Assembly (NCBI GenBank): GCA_964035545.1
Contig: OZ037770.1
Span: forward strand, 12,266,642-12,330,641
Direction: 5' to 3'
Origin: Bugula neritina
Taxonomy: Eukaryota; Animalia; Bryozoa
DNA: 64,000 bases
A program made the position numbers and the translations under genes. Positions 41,216 to 64,000 of the stretch are shown here, one piece after another. Positions within the stretch are counted from its first letter, which is position 1. The number at the start of each line of letters is the position of its first letter. The notes under the pieces are model-generated. The model saw only the letters and a list, made by a program, of their open reading frames with translations, was not told where the DNA came from and did no database searches.

Positions 41216-44200
41216 CTAAATTAACAATGCAGGTTTATCTCTTATATGATATATTGATAGATTTCTTAACTCCTTTACATTGTTCACTGGTAAATATCCA
41301 GCAAGAGTATAAACTTCTGCACAAATTTTGTCCATATCCTTAACTCTTCTATAAGCCAGATAGCTTTTCCATTTATGTGCTGTTTTAAAACTATCTTTCC
41401 TGGAACAGAAAAGACAAAAATTATAAAACATTCTGTAATTTCTGTTATAAACTACCCTTATGCAACCCGTTTAAAAACAATGTTGCAAGTCTATATATTT
41501 CAATGCTGCAAATGTATATATATGCACAATACTTTGCACTTTGGTGCAGCCTTAATGTCAAATCTCATTATTTTTTGTTAATATAAGCAAACTTTTATAA
41601 GAATTATTATGTTTTCAATTAATAAACGGCTATTTAAGAATAAATTTCTTTTTATAATTTTTACTAGCATGGCAAAAGCTGAACAAATGACAATGAAGAT
41701 CTCATAGCTGATGGTCATCAATATTCTATATAACCGCTTTTTACTTGTGAATGTCAGCTTTAAATAGCTGGTTTTATCCGTTTATAATATATATATTTAA
41801 GGTTGTCAAGTTGCAGATAAAATGCAGAATTTAGCACAAAGACTTTGCCTATGCAAAATACAACTCAATTGTTTTACTGAATATTCTTCAACTAACCTGT
41901 GTGTAGAATAAGCACTAGAACCATGTTTTTGATTAGTACTCAGGATGGTTAAATTCTTAATATATTCTGTCAATGACTCTGGCACTTCTCCAAAATTTAA
42001 TGATCTATAAAAAATCAAATTCAGTAACTAAATATTAATTTCCTTCTGTGACAATTATACTGAATTATACGCTTTCTTTAAGCTAGAACATAAATTGGGT
42101 GGGTTTGTATAGTCCTCCTCAGAAAATTGAAAAGAGTGATGTAATAGCTATAATAAATAGATTATGTTTGTGTTAAACGTAAGCTTTTCTGGTAAATTTT
42201 TAGCCAGTATAGATAAAATGTTCATTAATATGTGTTATTATTATACTTGATTTATTATGTTGCAGTAATGCATTTTTAGTAATAATGTATACATATATAT
42301 TATTTGTTGTAACAAAATATTAGTTTTCCTATCATAAATAATTATCAATTATTTGTTTTTACAAGATGTTATCATTTTTTTTATTTATAAATAACAATTT
42401 ATTTTTATATATGGGTGTATAACAAACTTGCTAAATACTTTCTTATATAATTGGTTTTTATGTGAATAAAGTAGCGAAACATAGCAATAATGAAACTGTG
42501 TAAGTTAAATATGTCTGATACTTACTTATAGATATGTTTGACAGCTGCAATGTTATCCTCAACGATGTCTTCATATCTGAGTACTAAAACTTGATCTCTA
42601 TACTTTGATTGCTTTAATATCTGAGCTGTTTTTATATCTTCAACCATGGAATCACACAATGCTATAAAAAAAATTACAAACAGAAACTAAAAATAACTTG
42701 GTAATATTTAGTGTTATACATACATATGTAACTAATCCTATAAATACAAATATAAAGCAAGCAGAGCTGCATGTATTTTTCGGAAGTATTCATAGCATTG
42801 AGTGTAATTTACTTACATTTTACATGAACCTCAAAGTTCTCTAATATATCTGTTACCGCCACTTTCCTTCTTGAACTTATTATTGCCCGAGGATCTCTTA
42901 ATAAATATACAATCTGAAAAAAAATTAATTTTGTTCATTAATTGTATTTTTGATATTATTTGCAGGCTAAACTGTCCCGATAACTAAATAGAGTAAATAT
43001 TTACACACATGCACAATATGCACAATAGATGCTCATACAGATTGATTTGTGGTTACGGTTTGTGTGAACTTATAGTTGTGGTTTTATTCTATGCAACAGT
43101 TTTCAAAAATCGAATGGGAAATCCATTCGCTTGCTTAGAAATAAAAATGATAAAGCAGTTATTTACAATTTTTAAAAATAACTAGAAAGAGATGTAGCTT
43201 AATTAATTTTTGCTGGTTCACTTTGGTACATGATATATGAAATTAGTAGATCCTTACACCTATCAGCATAACAAATATTATTACAGATTTATTTTTTGTA
43301 GATTATAAAAAAATTTACCTTCAGTTTGTCAAGCTGATATTTTTCATTTTCTAGGAGTTGTCTTGCCCATTGAAGTTTTGCTCTGATGACTTTAATAGCT
43401 ACCATGTCAGAACCAAGACAACTGGAAGAATGTGCCTGCATACATGACAATCTGCTTCCACTTTGTACCACTGAGCAGGCTATAGTGTAAATAGATCATT
43501 CTTTTTTTACAAATTAATATATTAATTATATCTAGATTTCTTATAAGATTTTGTTTAGTAGAAAATTGCTTCAGCAATCAACTAAAATATGTTTTGCATC
43601 CGAATTTTGATTAGAATGTTATATGAGGAAATTTTAAAGTTATAATTGCATTTTCTTGCATGTGTACAAGTCACAAAATTATATTTCTGGTATTTTTTTC
43701 TGCTAAAATTCTAATTTAAGAAGACATAAAAAAGAGTTTTAGTATTCAAACCTTTGGTAATTTGTGGCACTAAGTATGCAATTAAATGTTTTACATAAAA
43801 TGGCAAAACAGTACCTTTAAAAAATTCATCCATTCGACGAACAGGAACGACCATGTTTGTGAGAGGGACTTGGTCTTGCTCACATTTCAGCAGGTTAGCT
43901 AATAAATCTGTTGACCTGCTGTCTACGTTGTAGCTTAGCGCTGCCTCATGAGACATGGTTACTTCAGGTGATGCTGGCCCATGCAACGGCTCAAATCTAA
44001 ATAATTTATAAATTGTAATGAATAGGAAATTCTCCCACTTCTTTCCTTTCCAAAGCTGTGTTTTGAGAATTTTCATAATCCATCCATAGATTCATATATA
44101 TTTTCCAACTCAGGCTTTTATTTATGAAATTATCAACAAAATGCTTATACATTACAGTATATATATTTATAGCTAGCATTGTTTTTCCAGTTTTATATTA

Positions 44201-47200
44201 CTTATATTTTGTATTTATGTTTCAAAAATCAATTAATGTTTGAAGGATTCTTTTCAACAGGGTGCTTCGCTTTTGTCTTGGCAGTTACGGGGGGGGGGGG
44301 GGGGGGCTGAGTTATTATATTGATAATATATTCTATTTTGAGTGACTTTTCACTTCTTGTACTTAAATTTTGCGTGAGACCATGACATAGTATACCGCAG
44401 ACAAACTCAGTATTTAAATAGCATGAGGCAAGAAGATTTCCATCACAGTTATTTTGTCAGACAATATAAAAAATTACCCTACGCTTCATTGACTTCTACT
44501 GCAGATAAACGTGTGAAGCTATAGTGAAAGCTGTGCTATATAGACATCATTGCACAACGTACACTTACAGATAGTAAGAGTTGGGATACCCATTGAAAAA
44601 TTCAGATGTAAAACTAGATCCACTCCTCATGTAAGTTACCAGCAAAACCTTCTTCTGGTTCTCTGAAGAAGTTAGAGGAACTGTCACTGAAAATTACAAT
44701 TAAAATATTTAATAGCATTTGTTTTTTGTTCTAATTCAGTCATCACATGTGTGGAGCCGTGGTGTCATTTGAGTTTAGTATTAATAGTTTAGTTTATTAA
44801 TAGTTTAGATTAGTATACAATTATTAGCGTAAGATGTTTAAATAACACATTTTGAAATAGGCTTTGAAACTTTTTCACTGTAATTATATACCAATTTATA
44901 CAGTTATACACTATTGCATACGTATGCATAATTAGTCTTCATTATAATCAAGTTTCTACAGTAGCAATGAAATAGCAACCTATAGTAAATTAAACAATCG
45001 AACACCGACCTTTTCTTTTGCTTTTTAAAAACTTTACTTTGTAAAGTCTGTTCAGATTTTGCTGAAAGTCCTTCTGCTTCCAGGGCTGACAGTTTGCGGG
45101 TAAGAATCCATTTAAGTTCTTGATGCAGTGTGGAATAGATGTCTATAAATTAGACTTCATGCATGATCATTAAGTTCAAAGAGTTGAAAAAACAGTAATT
45201 TATCACTGAAGAACACTATGGAAAAGCAAAGAAAAAGTTTTCAATTGGTTCCAATCTTTAAAGACTTGCGCAAAATTATTTGCAAAGACCTTATAGCATC
45301 AATACTAGTGGAAATTTCATAAGTTTTTGAAAAACATTTAATAAATTTTTCACTCAATGAGTTGATTGATAAACAGTTTAGAGCAGCTGAAATGAGCCAC
45401 ACTTTCAAAAGAATTGATCAGAATTTGCATTATCCAATAATATTTTGTTAAAAATACAATTTGAAGAAGCCTCTCCTATGTAGCAAAACAAAACAAAATT
45501 TATTGAAAGTCTGGTATATATAAGAACAAAATATTAAAACATACTCCATTATTAAAAAACTTCTCAACAGCTATGTGCTTACACTCTGTATCTTGTGTCA
45601 CATTCAATGACTCACTCCTGGGTCCTACCCAACACATTTCTTCTGTGGGAAGACAACTCAAAGTTTTACACTCAGAGTCTGTACAATTACATTTACCAGA
45701 GCTCCAGTGTTTGTTGAGAAGAGAATACTTCATGTCTGCTATTTGCCCTGCAATATTTGTATGAATATAATCTTGAATAGGAGAACGGTATTTTCATAAC
45801 ATATGCTGCAGATGTATTAATGTATTTGAGTAAAGTCTAAACCAACCTGCGGTATACACCTCTACTGCTTTTGGACTATCTTTGCCACATGGTAAACTGC
45901 TCAAACCTCTTGTTAGAAAATCATCGTCACATTGACAAGAGCTGTTTTCTAACTAAAAACATAATAATTTATTTGTTCAAAGCCAGATTTGTAGCTTTAA
46001 GTCTAGCAGTTAATAGTACGCTAAAATTTTTTCCACATGTTTTTACGGAAACAAAAAATATTTCAATAGAATAGAGTTCTCTTTTAAAATAGAAAATATC
46101 CTTGTTTATAATTGTAAAAAAACACACTTATTAACAGTTTTAGAGCAGAAAACGCACTGTTTTGCATATTAAATCTGGTTACAGTCTTTTATTCAAATTG
46201 TTTGTCTAACTATAACATTAGCCTACCGATTATATTATAGCAATAAGTGTCTTTATTCTTAAAAACAGATAATTTTCAGATTATGATCTACGTATATTAG
46301 ATTTAGAAATCAAATGAATAATAAAAAAACGAGAACATGAGGACAACTAAGCTAGTTACCAATTACTATAGTTGCTAGTTCTCAACTTGAAATGTTAAGT
46401 AATAGGATATCTTAAACAGATGATGGCGGCCCGAAGTGAATAAATTTAGACTCTCAAGTTATTATAGCGAGACTATGTTTTTATAAAAGCAAGCATTCAT
46501 AATAGATTTTACTTGCAGCTTATAAAGTTAAAATAACTCGGAATGAATTGGTTTATGGTTTATAGTTATAAACTGCAACTGCCAATATAGTTAATGATCG
46601 ATATTCTGTTCGATTCTTTATAGGTCTAACCATCAATATTTTTTATAGAGTTTTAAACTATTTTCCTACAGCTAGTATATACCCCGAAAAACTTTACAAA
46701 TTTTAAAGTCCATATAATTATATATTACCTTGAAGTTAGCATACATATAGCTGCTGGATTGGCAGTGCAACATACACTCTTTGGCATTGACTGTGTTTTT
46801 ATAAGAAATCTTTGCTTCTCTATCTGGCCAGTAACTATGTATATAACATCCTAGGTATCCTTCAGCCTTTGGAGCACTGGACAGAGTTCTGGTTGTGTTA
46901 TTATAGCTACCACCTAGAAACTGATCTCTGATGGAATAAGACAAGAAAGTAAAATTAATTATATTCATTTACTTACTGTAGTCTACAGTTGGTGCTAAAA
47001 TAGTATACATGTTTGTTGTATAGAAAAAATTAAAGGCTCATTTTGAAGAAAAGGTTAGTTCTTTTAAACTTTTTAAAACTTTTTTTAAACTCTTTTTAAG
47101 AGAAGAAACTAGTAAAATATAAAGCTATAAAACTTTTATATAAAACATAAGAATAATATAATTATAATTACCATTTTGATTAGAAATTCATTTTGAAATG

Positions 47201-48301
47201 CATGTTTAAAATAATATAATATATCTGCTTTCATTCGAATAAGCACCTACCTCTGAATAACAAAAGCTCCTGAATATTTGTTTTTAATTATTTTGTGCTT
47301 TGTGGAATTACTCCTAGGTTGGGATAGTTGGATGTACAGCAGTAACATAGCAGCTAGACAAGAAATCGCAAACACCGGTTTCTTTAATTTTGTCAAATCA
47401 ATCTAAAACATTCAAAGCAATGCACTCCCATGAAGTTTATTAATGGCATTCAATTTTAAGCAATACAAAGCAAATGCTGCATTTAAAAATAAAAATATTT
47501 GGTAATAATTATTAAATCAAGGCAAATCAGACAATGAACCTAAAGCTCAATCAAAATTATCAGTATTACAGTAAAACCATTTTAAAGGCAGGATTGTAAA
47601 ATAAAAATATATCACATTATATAATACAACATTACAGGGCAATAATTGCAATATGTTACACTATACTAAGCTATGTTGAATGTTAATTTATATCAATTGC
47701 ATATACCTATACATATGAAAACCTACCTGCTGGAACTTGATCAAAAAGTATCGCCACAAGTAGATTTAAGCAGATTATTAACAGAATATAGAAGAAATTT
47801 AGAAAATGTAGGGCATGCGGTTGCATTTTGTTATACTCTAAAATATGTATGTGTGCAAGGGAGATAATCCTGGCTGTTTGCCCAGTATTTTAATGAAAGT
47901 ATGTGTTAGCTTTTTGTAGTTTATTCAGCTATTTTTGAACTTTTTGTTATGTTATCTTTTTGTATTATAACTTATAAATGTTAGTAGCTCACTTGCCAGG
48001 AAGACGTTCTAAGGAGCTGATGTTTTTAAATGTCATTATAATTTTGAAGTTTTTGTTTTTGTTGATATTTTGATAGAGTACAAGACAAAGAGTGAACAAT
48101 AAATTCTAAGAAATTCAGATTGTTACTCCATGCTTGTTGCTATCCAACTCAATAAGTCATCCCTGGCACAATATCTGAAACTTAATACTGAAACAATAAG
48201 AAACTTACTGCTGAAGCTTTTTAGTTGGGTTTCATACAGCTTCAGCTTTTTTAAATGCATCACTTTTTGTATAGCTGCAGAAAATAAAATTAACTTACCA
48301 T
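41216..48301 (-). CDS. Type II membrane WSC-domain carbohydrate sulfotransferase (CHST1/3/4/5-like catalytic domain), copy S1, ~593 aa
   Basis: Exons [48301-48299, ATG only, uncertain], 47402-47251 (TM), 46927-46729, 45952-45847, 45747-45545, 45142-45010, 44686-44569, 43996-43815, 43479-43319, 42913-42817, 42661-42526, 42004-41897 and 41399-41216. PAPS-binding 5'-PSB TYMRSGSSF, FEPL, KVIR, 3'-PB RDPRAIISSR and LRYED. WSC-like YLGCY..ECMLHC..YMYA..CQC. Confidence 0.87.
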
Positions 48302-48821
48302 GTCTGCTTCTTTATTCCACAGTGCTGTATATATGTACAGATTGCTGTATAATATATTCAGATCTGCATGTAGTGCAAACTATAAATAGCTCTTACAACT
48401 AGCTGTAGTGTGCACAAACACCAACATTATATTATATTGACTGCAGAATAAGATAAAAGAAAGCGCTATTGTGTGAATATAATAGCATATGTTGCATCCA
48501 GATCAATTTATTTTTCATTCATTATCATTTCATTTATTCAAAAAACCATTCAATCAGCATAAATGCATCAGCGCTATTCAATAGAATGCTTGTATACTGT
48601 GCATTGGACAGTTAACTGCCGCACAGCTAAGAAATAACAATTCAATATAATTCACATTGTATATAGTATACACCAGAGTTGTCCCACCTTTTCATGGCTA
48701 CATAAATGTAGGCTGGAGATCGAATCCGGCTTTAAGGCTGCCTGTTAGACAGCCCCACTGGTATATCCAGACATATATAATGCATATATGCAATTATTGT
48801 ATATAACTTTCCTGGCTTCAA

Positions 48822-51256
48822 CTTTTCACAAGCCCTCTGGGGACATTTGTATTTTGAAGCTGTCTCCTCCCAGAAGGGCGAAGTGTAGTCTCCATGATAT
48901 ATAGAACAAGCACATAAAATCAGTAGAAATTTAAGGTTTGTGTGAAGACTATTGCTAGTACCAGTTTCATTTTTTCTGAGATTAATATTTTGGCATAAGC
49001 ACACAGGTTAGCAGTTCCAGAAAATTTTTAAAAATTTTCTTTCTTCAAAAATCTTGAGAAAAATTAACTTCAAAGCATGTTTGTGGTTTTGGTTACTGCA
49101 TGAGCAAGCTGAATTGGCAACTATGAGATAAGTCCCATTAATCAGTTGTTATGCTGGCTGTCATATTTAATTTATAGCTGTTGACCTTTCAACTCTTTGG
49201 TCAGAATGTGCTGTTAACACAGTGTTAGAGCACTGCTACTCTGCTAGTGCACTGAATGAGACAGCAGATTAGCTGTGTTAGCATTTTCATTACACTTACA
49301 CACTTATGCTATGATAATAGCTAGACTATAACCTCAACATCCATCATTTTCACAAAAAGCATTTTCACAAAGCTATAGATATATATTAAATATAGACAGA
49401 TTAAATTTGTAGTATCAAAATGATGCGTGATAGCATGTGCACTTAATTACACTTTGAAGAGTTTGTGCTACATTATGTTCAAAGGACCGTAAATGCTTTA
49501 CATAGTTTCATGTTATGGCTAAAACTTCTTTAAAAGAAAAATATTACCAAGAAAAGCAAAGCTCAGTTTATGCAAAAATTTATTAAAAATACTTTATATT
49601 TAGGCAGGCATCTTTTCATTCAGTATCGATCCATCTTGAAATATTTTGTCTGCTCTAAATCTTCATTGCATATTTTACAACAGGTCTAATAGTTTTATTT
49701 AAAAGATTTAATTGAAATGTTATACTTGATTTTAACTTACATATCCCCGCGCATGCCTATTTTAAGATAATACCTGTAATATTCTAATTGGTGCTGTCGT
49801 GACTTATAGCCACACTCTAAAATTTTATGTCATTCAAATATGAGTCTCAAATTTAAGAAAGGCTTTATATTTTATAACATTTTGTGACCCATGGGATCAG
49901 CCAAGCTATAGTTGTATAACTGCAGTTGAGTGTCAATAACACTAGCTCATGATATTTGAAGCATGAGAAGTTGAGGAGCTATAACATTAAACAGTTTAAC
50001 TGAAAACCCAAGCAAAATGTTAATAACCCAATTTTATCAACATGCTTTCACTGCTTCACTTGTAAGAATCTGCTTGATACTTTTCAACCAGAATTTCCTT
50101 CTAAAGTAATTGTCAGAGAATTCAGTTTATGCTGCAATTTGATGAGTTGGGAAACTTGGGCTTTCAGGTGCAGTAGTGATTAGCTTAGTTTACCTATTTT
50201 ATATTGTATATCCATTTTATTATATAACTATACTTTAACCTACCATACATTAACTATGGATCTTGAATCTACCGCAGTTGACGGAGATGACTACTACACA
50301 CAAGGTAGATGCAGTACTAATGGAGAAAGTGAGAAAAGCCTTTTTTCTAGATTAGAAATGTAGCAAAAAAGTTGTGTTATACGCAACACCAACATTCGTA
50401 AAGAAAGTTAAAGAACTTAGGCTATCTCAATTTCTTCACTACTGCATGCTCCTAAATGCTACAAGCCACAAGCATAATTAAGAAATAACAAAGCTGTAAC
50501 CCAAGGGCCTGAATGCCAACTGCTAAAAGGCTATCTCGGCTTCTGATTAAATTATCTAGATATATATTTATTTGAGCACAATTGTTACAATTGCAATAGA
50601 TGCATTTAACCTGTATTAGAAAATTAACCGACATGTATCAAAGCACATTTCATATTCGTTCTATACTACAAATTTAATCTGTCTATTTAATATATATCTA
50701 TAGCTTTGTGAAAATGCTTTTTGTGAAAATGATGGATGTTGAGGTTATAGTCTAGCTATTCTCATAGCATAAGTGTGTAAGTGTAATGAAAATGCTAACA
50801 CAGCTAATCTGCTGTCTCATTCAGTGCACTAGCAGAGTAGCAGTGCTCTAACACTGTGTTAACAGCACATTCTGACCAAAGAGTTGAAAGGTCAACAGCT
50901 ATAAATTAAATATGACAGCCAGCATAACAACTGATTAATGGGACTTATCTCATAGTTGCCAATTCAGCTTGCTCATGCAGTAACCAAAACCACAAACATG
51001 CTTTGAAGTTAATTTTTCTCAAGATTTTTGAAGAAAGAAAATTTTTAAAAATTTTCTGGAACTGCTAACCTGTGTGCTTATGCCAAAATATTAATCTCAG
51101 AAAAAATGAAACTGGTACTAGCAATAGTCTTCACACAAACCTTAAATTTCTACTGATTTTATGTGCTTGTTCTATATATATCATGGAGACTACACTTCGC
51201 CCTTCTGGGAGGAGACAGCTTCAAAATACAAATGTCCCCAGAGGGCTTGTGAAAAG
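48822..51256. repeat. Long inverted repeat: arms 48822-49415 and 50663-51256 (~594 bp), 1247-bp spacer
   Basis: The arms are reverse complements differing only by a few small indels. ORFs 48732..49004(-) and 51072..51266(+) share the same N-terminus. Confidence 0.95.
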
Positions 51257-51501
51257 CCCCTATTAAACAAGAATTTTAGTTATTAGGTTAGTAATGGCTT
51301 CTTATTATATGAGGTATATCATTGAATGATAATGAATCTTTTTTTTTGTCTTTTAGTTCTATTAATGAAACGAGCTTAAAGATATTAAGTTTACCAGGGC
51401 AGGGCAACAAAATATCTCTTTTATATAAATTACCTGAAGTTTTAATAAACACTGCAAGGGTCTTCAGAAAACTTGAGTTTAGATTACAAGATTGTGCCAC
51501 A

Positions 51502-51705
51502 AAGGAGTAGCCGTGGTCTATGGGTTGCCTAGTAAGCACAAAGTCACTGGTTTGAGCTCCGACAAAGGCCATTGGTGATGTTAGGAGGAGCGTCCAGTCA
51601 TAATTGCTCCTGTGCCTCATCTGAATATTTCCTTAACTCTATTTAGCAAAAACTCTTTTCATCAGGGAAGTTCTCAAAAGGATGGTAACTATAAATAAAC
51701 TTGCA
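51502..51705 (+). mobile_element. tRNA-derived SINE copy
   Basis: 5' GGAGTAGCCGTGGTCTATGGG (A-box-like) followed by core GGTGATGTTAGGAGGAGCGTCCAGTCATAATTGC. Confidence 0.75.
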
Positions 51706-52166
51706 TGAGTTTTAATTAGATTGTGCCACACTTGTTATAAAAATAAAAAAACAACGTCATTAGTTTGCCTGATAAACAGGTGTGATCTAAAATTTTATAA
51801 ATACGTTAAACTCATTAGAGCTGCAGTGGCAGACAGAATAAAAATTAAATATAAGGCTACAAAGTACTATATATCACAAGCAAATAAGAAAGTTCTAGAC
51901 TCAAAGTGGAATAGAGCTACCATCATATAAAAGTTATAAACAATCTAGACTGTTTTGCTGAAAGAGACGAACTGAAAAACAACTGGAGTCTTACTGAGCT
52001 AAGTTGTACTCTCTACCTAAAGACAGATGTGGACAGGCTGCATGTTGTTTTAAAAAGCTAACCTTTAACAATCCCATACCTTTAGATAGTATCATTCTGC
52101 AGTTTACAAAACATGTTACAGTAGCTAAGGGATGACTAGAGAGCAAATGTGAAATGTTATTTATTA

Positions 52167-52460
52167 AGCCAGATTCACACTTTGTCGTAACGCCAACAGT
52201 ACCATCAAATGTCAGCCATTTTCAACGTGTCTAGTCTAAAGTTCTCAAACTCCGCTATTGAGCAAGATTTATAAAACCTCATTAGATATTTAGATCCAAT
52301 AAGTTGACGCGAACGTCTCTCTGTCCAACAGGAGCATGACGTAATTTTTGGAATCATGCAGGCAGTGTTTGATCATAGTGATAAGGTATACCATGGTACG
52401 ATATGGTGTTTTTAAAAATGGCTGACACTTGACATTACAGTGAAGTGTGTCTTCGGGACT
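52167..52460. mobile_element. Degenerate MITE (PIF/Harbinger-like termini)
   Basis: Imperfect TIRs: 'cacactt...tcaaatgtcagccatttt' versus 'aaaatggctgacacttga...aagtgtg'; preceded by TTA. Confidence 0.5.
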
Positions 52461-52736
52461 AGTGTGCAGGAGTCATCTGCTCAATGCACAGTGTACAGGC
52501 ATTCTATTGGATAGTGTTGATTTAAACTTATCAGAATGCAATGTCATATTATTTTATATTCACACAATAGTTTCCTATTTTACTCTATTCACTAATCAAT
52601 ATAATAGAATGCTGGTGCAAATCCAGCATGTTTTGTGTAGAATACAATACAACTAGTTAAATGAACTGCTTGTCTTTAGTAATGGCATTAACCAAAGCAC
52701 ACAGTTCAACACTGAATACTGCCCTGCACATACAAG

Positions 52737-61342
<8,606 letters not shown>

Positions 61343-63451
61343 AACAAAAGCTATCAGAATTATTATTGAATGATTCTTTAGAAAATTAAATTTTATCATT
61401 TTTCTTATATTATCTTGTTTACAAAAAAGTAATGGCTCTTTAAAATAATTTTTAAATCTATATAGTCATTTTTTAAGCTATATACAATTTTTCAATTGTC
61501 TACAAACAATACTATATATCGTGTAATATTTTAAAGGCCACTATAAAGTTATTAATAATTACAAAACTTTTATAAATTTCAATTGCAAGCAAGATTATAG
61601 AATTATTTTAACAATCGATGTAATTAACTTTTCTCAAATACTCCACCAAAATAATTAGATTATATTAAAACTTATTTATATTATTTACAATAATTTACTA
61701 TTTACTGCAAACTTAATTTATAGTTACTAACAATTGATTTTTTTCAAGTTCTGGTTTGAACATTTTTAAATATTTGTGATCTCCTATCAACTATAAGCAT
61801 CTATTTTTTATATAGTATATTATTCATGTTTTATACAATGTTGGATTATAATTAACACAACACTCATAATACTGCCATTCAATACATGTTTTATTCTATA
61901 AAACTTATAAGCCATTTAACTAGACGGTGTACAAACATACTTGATTATAAAAAATGTGAACGAATCTTTATAATATTATGTTGCTAAAAACAAAGAGTAA
62001 AACAGCCAGCGAGCAAGTTGTGCAAGTGGGTGATTGTAACACAAACACTACATCATTATAATATGCAGATTTCTTTTTTTATATAGTTTTTTTTCAATTT
62101 TCTCATTCAGATATAAAAGCATTGAAATATTGTAATGCAATAAAATAATACATACAAGATATAAAAGTGATTATACATAGTTGGTTAGTTTATCACAATT
62201 AAAACCAGCATACTTAACCTTTGTCACCATACATGCAGTGAATGTTCTTCGTATTAAAACAGTATATGTATAGTTTATGCATGTATAATGGTTGTTATAT
62301 CCATTTATATTGGATGTAGCAAAAATTTTCTTGATTTGAATTTTAAACTATATAACATTTTGATTATTCATTTTCAAATTCAGACGTTTGTTTAAGTTGA
62401 GTGTAGTGAATCATAGGTAAATTAGACAATTACAGATCATTGCTAATAATGAAAATTAGTTATGAAATAACACTCATTACTCAAAACTAAAATACAATGA
62501 AATGGCTTCACTTCAAATATGCCAAATATTTCCGCATATATATTATTGTTGTGATGTCACAAGAAATAAATTTATGAAATTCTAAAAATACAAAATTGAG
62601 AAAGGACTGAAATAGAACAAAGCATTGCCATATATAGGTTCACTGATGTCTACCAGCAAACTATTCCTTATCCTATAATATTGCAAATTAAAAAACCTGA
62701 AACTTTCAAGCGGGTTTACAACGAGCTGGACCAATGAGCATGTAAGTTACATTTATTTAACTCAATTGACCAATTGTAAGAAATACTTTACTTGTAAATA
62801 AACCAAGACACTTTAATTTGATATAATGAATAGAGTAGCTCTTTAAGTATATTTTTATTAACTATAACTAATAACCCAGTCTCTTACTATTACTCTTATA
62901 ATACTATATATGTAGCTTCGTAGGTACAGTAAACTTTTAAACTGTGCTCATCAGGTGTTAAACTAAGTTTTAGTTTAGCGCTAGCTGTTTAATGTAGAAC
63001 TTGTATGCATGCATGCATTCCTTAAACTGTTTGATTTAAATTTATATCTGAATGCAATACATACATTATATTCACACAATTATAGTGTCTTCTTTTACCC
63101 TATTCAGCAATCAATATAATATAATTTGGTGCAAATTCTGTAGTTTTACAATTTTGTTCCGTGTAGAACATTCAATCTATATATAGTTGAATGGAACAAA
63201 GCAAGTAATTAAAACATGAAATAGAACAAAAACAGTTATATGTATAGCTGAAAGCTTTTTCCTTAATAGCTTATATAAAGCTGTTACATTATTGCACGGC
63301 ATATTGATATAAGAAAAGTCCAGGGTGTTTATATTCAACTTATATAGCTGTATCTTGTGAAATACAATACCGCCATTGCTATTATAGTAAGGACAGTGAC
63401 TAAAGCTTTAAGCTCACAGTTAAACACTGATTACTGACCTGTACATACAAG

Positions 63452-63475
63452 ATGATGCTTAATAGGATAGACAAG
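63452..63475 (+). CDS. First coding exon of a probable third sulfotransferase paralog (S3); gene continues beyond the window
   Basis: ATG ATG CTT AAT AGG ATA GAC AAG|GTAGGT versus S2 ATG GTG CTT AAT AGG ATA GCC AAG|GTAGGT. Flanks (~63410-63600) are homologous to 52697-52880 and followed by the same (GT)n tract. Confidence 0.6.
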
Positions 63476-63636
63476 GTAGGTGCAAGTCTCTTTTGTAAGC
63501 TATGTAAATGAAAGCGATATTTTTTTAAAAAAAAACTATAAAACTGTAAGAAACTGAACTTAATAATCTCAGCAGTAATTTCCTTGTCTTTCAATATTAG
63601 ATCTTGCATCAATTTTTCAGTATGTCTTTCTGCAGT

Positions 63637-64000
<364 letters not shown>

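Noticed and set aside
44289-44306. Poly-G run in an S1 intron
   Set aside because: Isolated homopolymer, absent from S2, with no further supporting structure.
50257-50520. Transposase or THAP remnant in the inverted-repeat spacer
   Set aside because: Only short ORFs with no recognisable DDE or zinc-finger motif.

Overview
AT-rich, intron-containing eukaryotic DNA, probably an invertebrate animal (species not determinable from the sequence), with long (TA)n and (CA/GT)n microsatellites. Gene models were built by hand from GT..AG junctions with consistent phases. (1) 2-31 kb: a tandem triplication (~8.6 kb period). Each unit carries an intact 3-exon gene for a 403-aa trypsin-fold serine protease with no signal peptide (LTCAH / MND[IT]LL / GDSGS, minus strand), plus a copy of the last exon of the neighbouring transporter. 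A decayed, highly diverged paralog fragment lies on the plus strand at ~6.4-6.85 kb. (2) 30.3-39.8 kb: an 11-exon SLC18B1-like MFS transporter (minus strand). Its intron 3 holds a 24-bp minisatellite built from the exon's own 5' splice site. (3) 41.2-64 kb: type-II membrane WSC-domain + CHST1-family sulfotransferase genes. Two complete copies lie head-to-head around a ~594-bp near-perfect inverted repeat, and the first exon of a third copy sits at the right edge. Also present: a tRNA-derived SINE family (>=6 copies), a TA-flanked MITE and a tRNA-like pseudogene. No CRISPR, rRNA or bacterial-type features. Family assignments rest on motifs recalled from knowledge, not on database searches.
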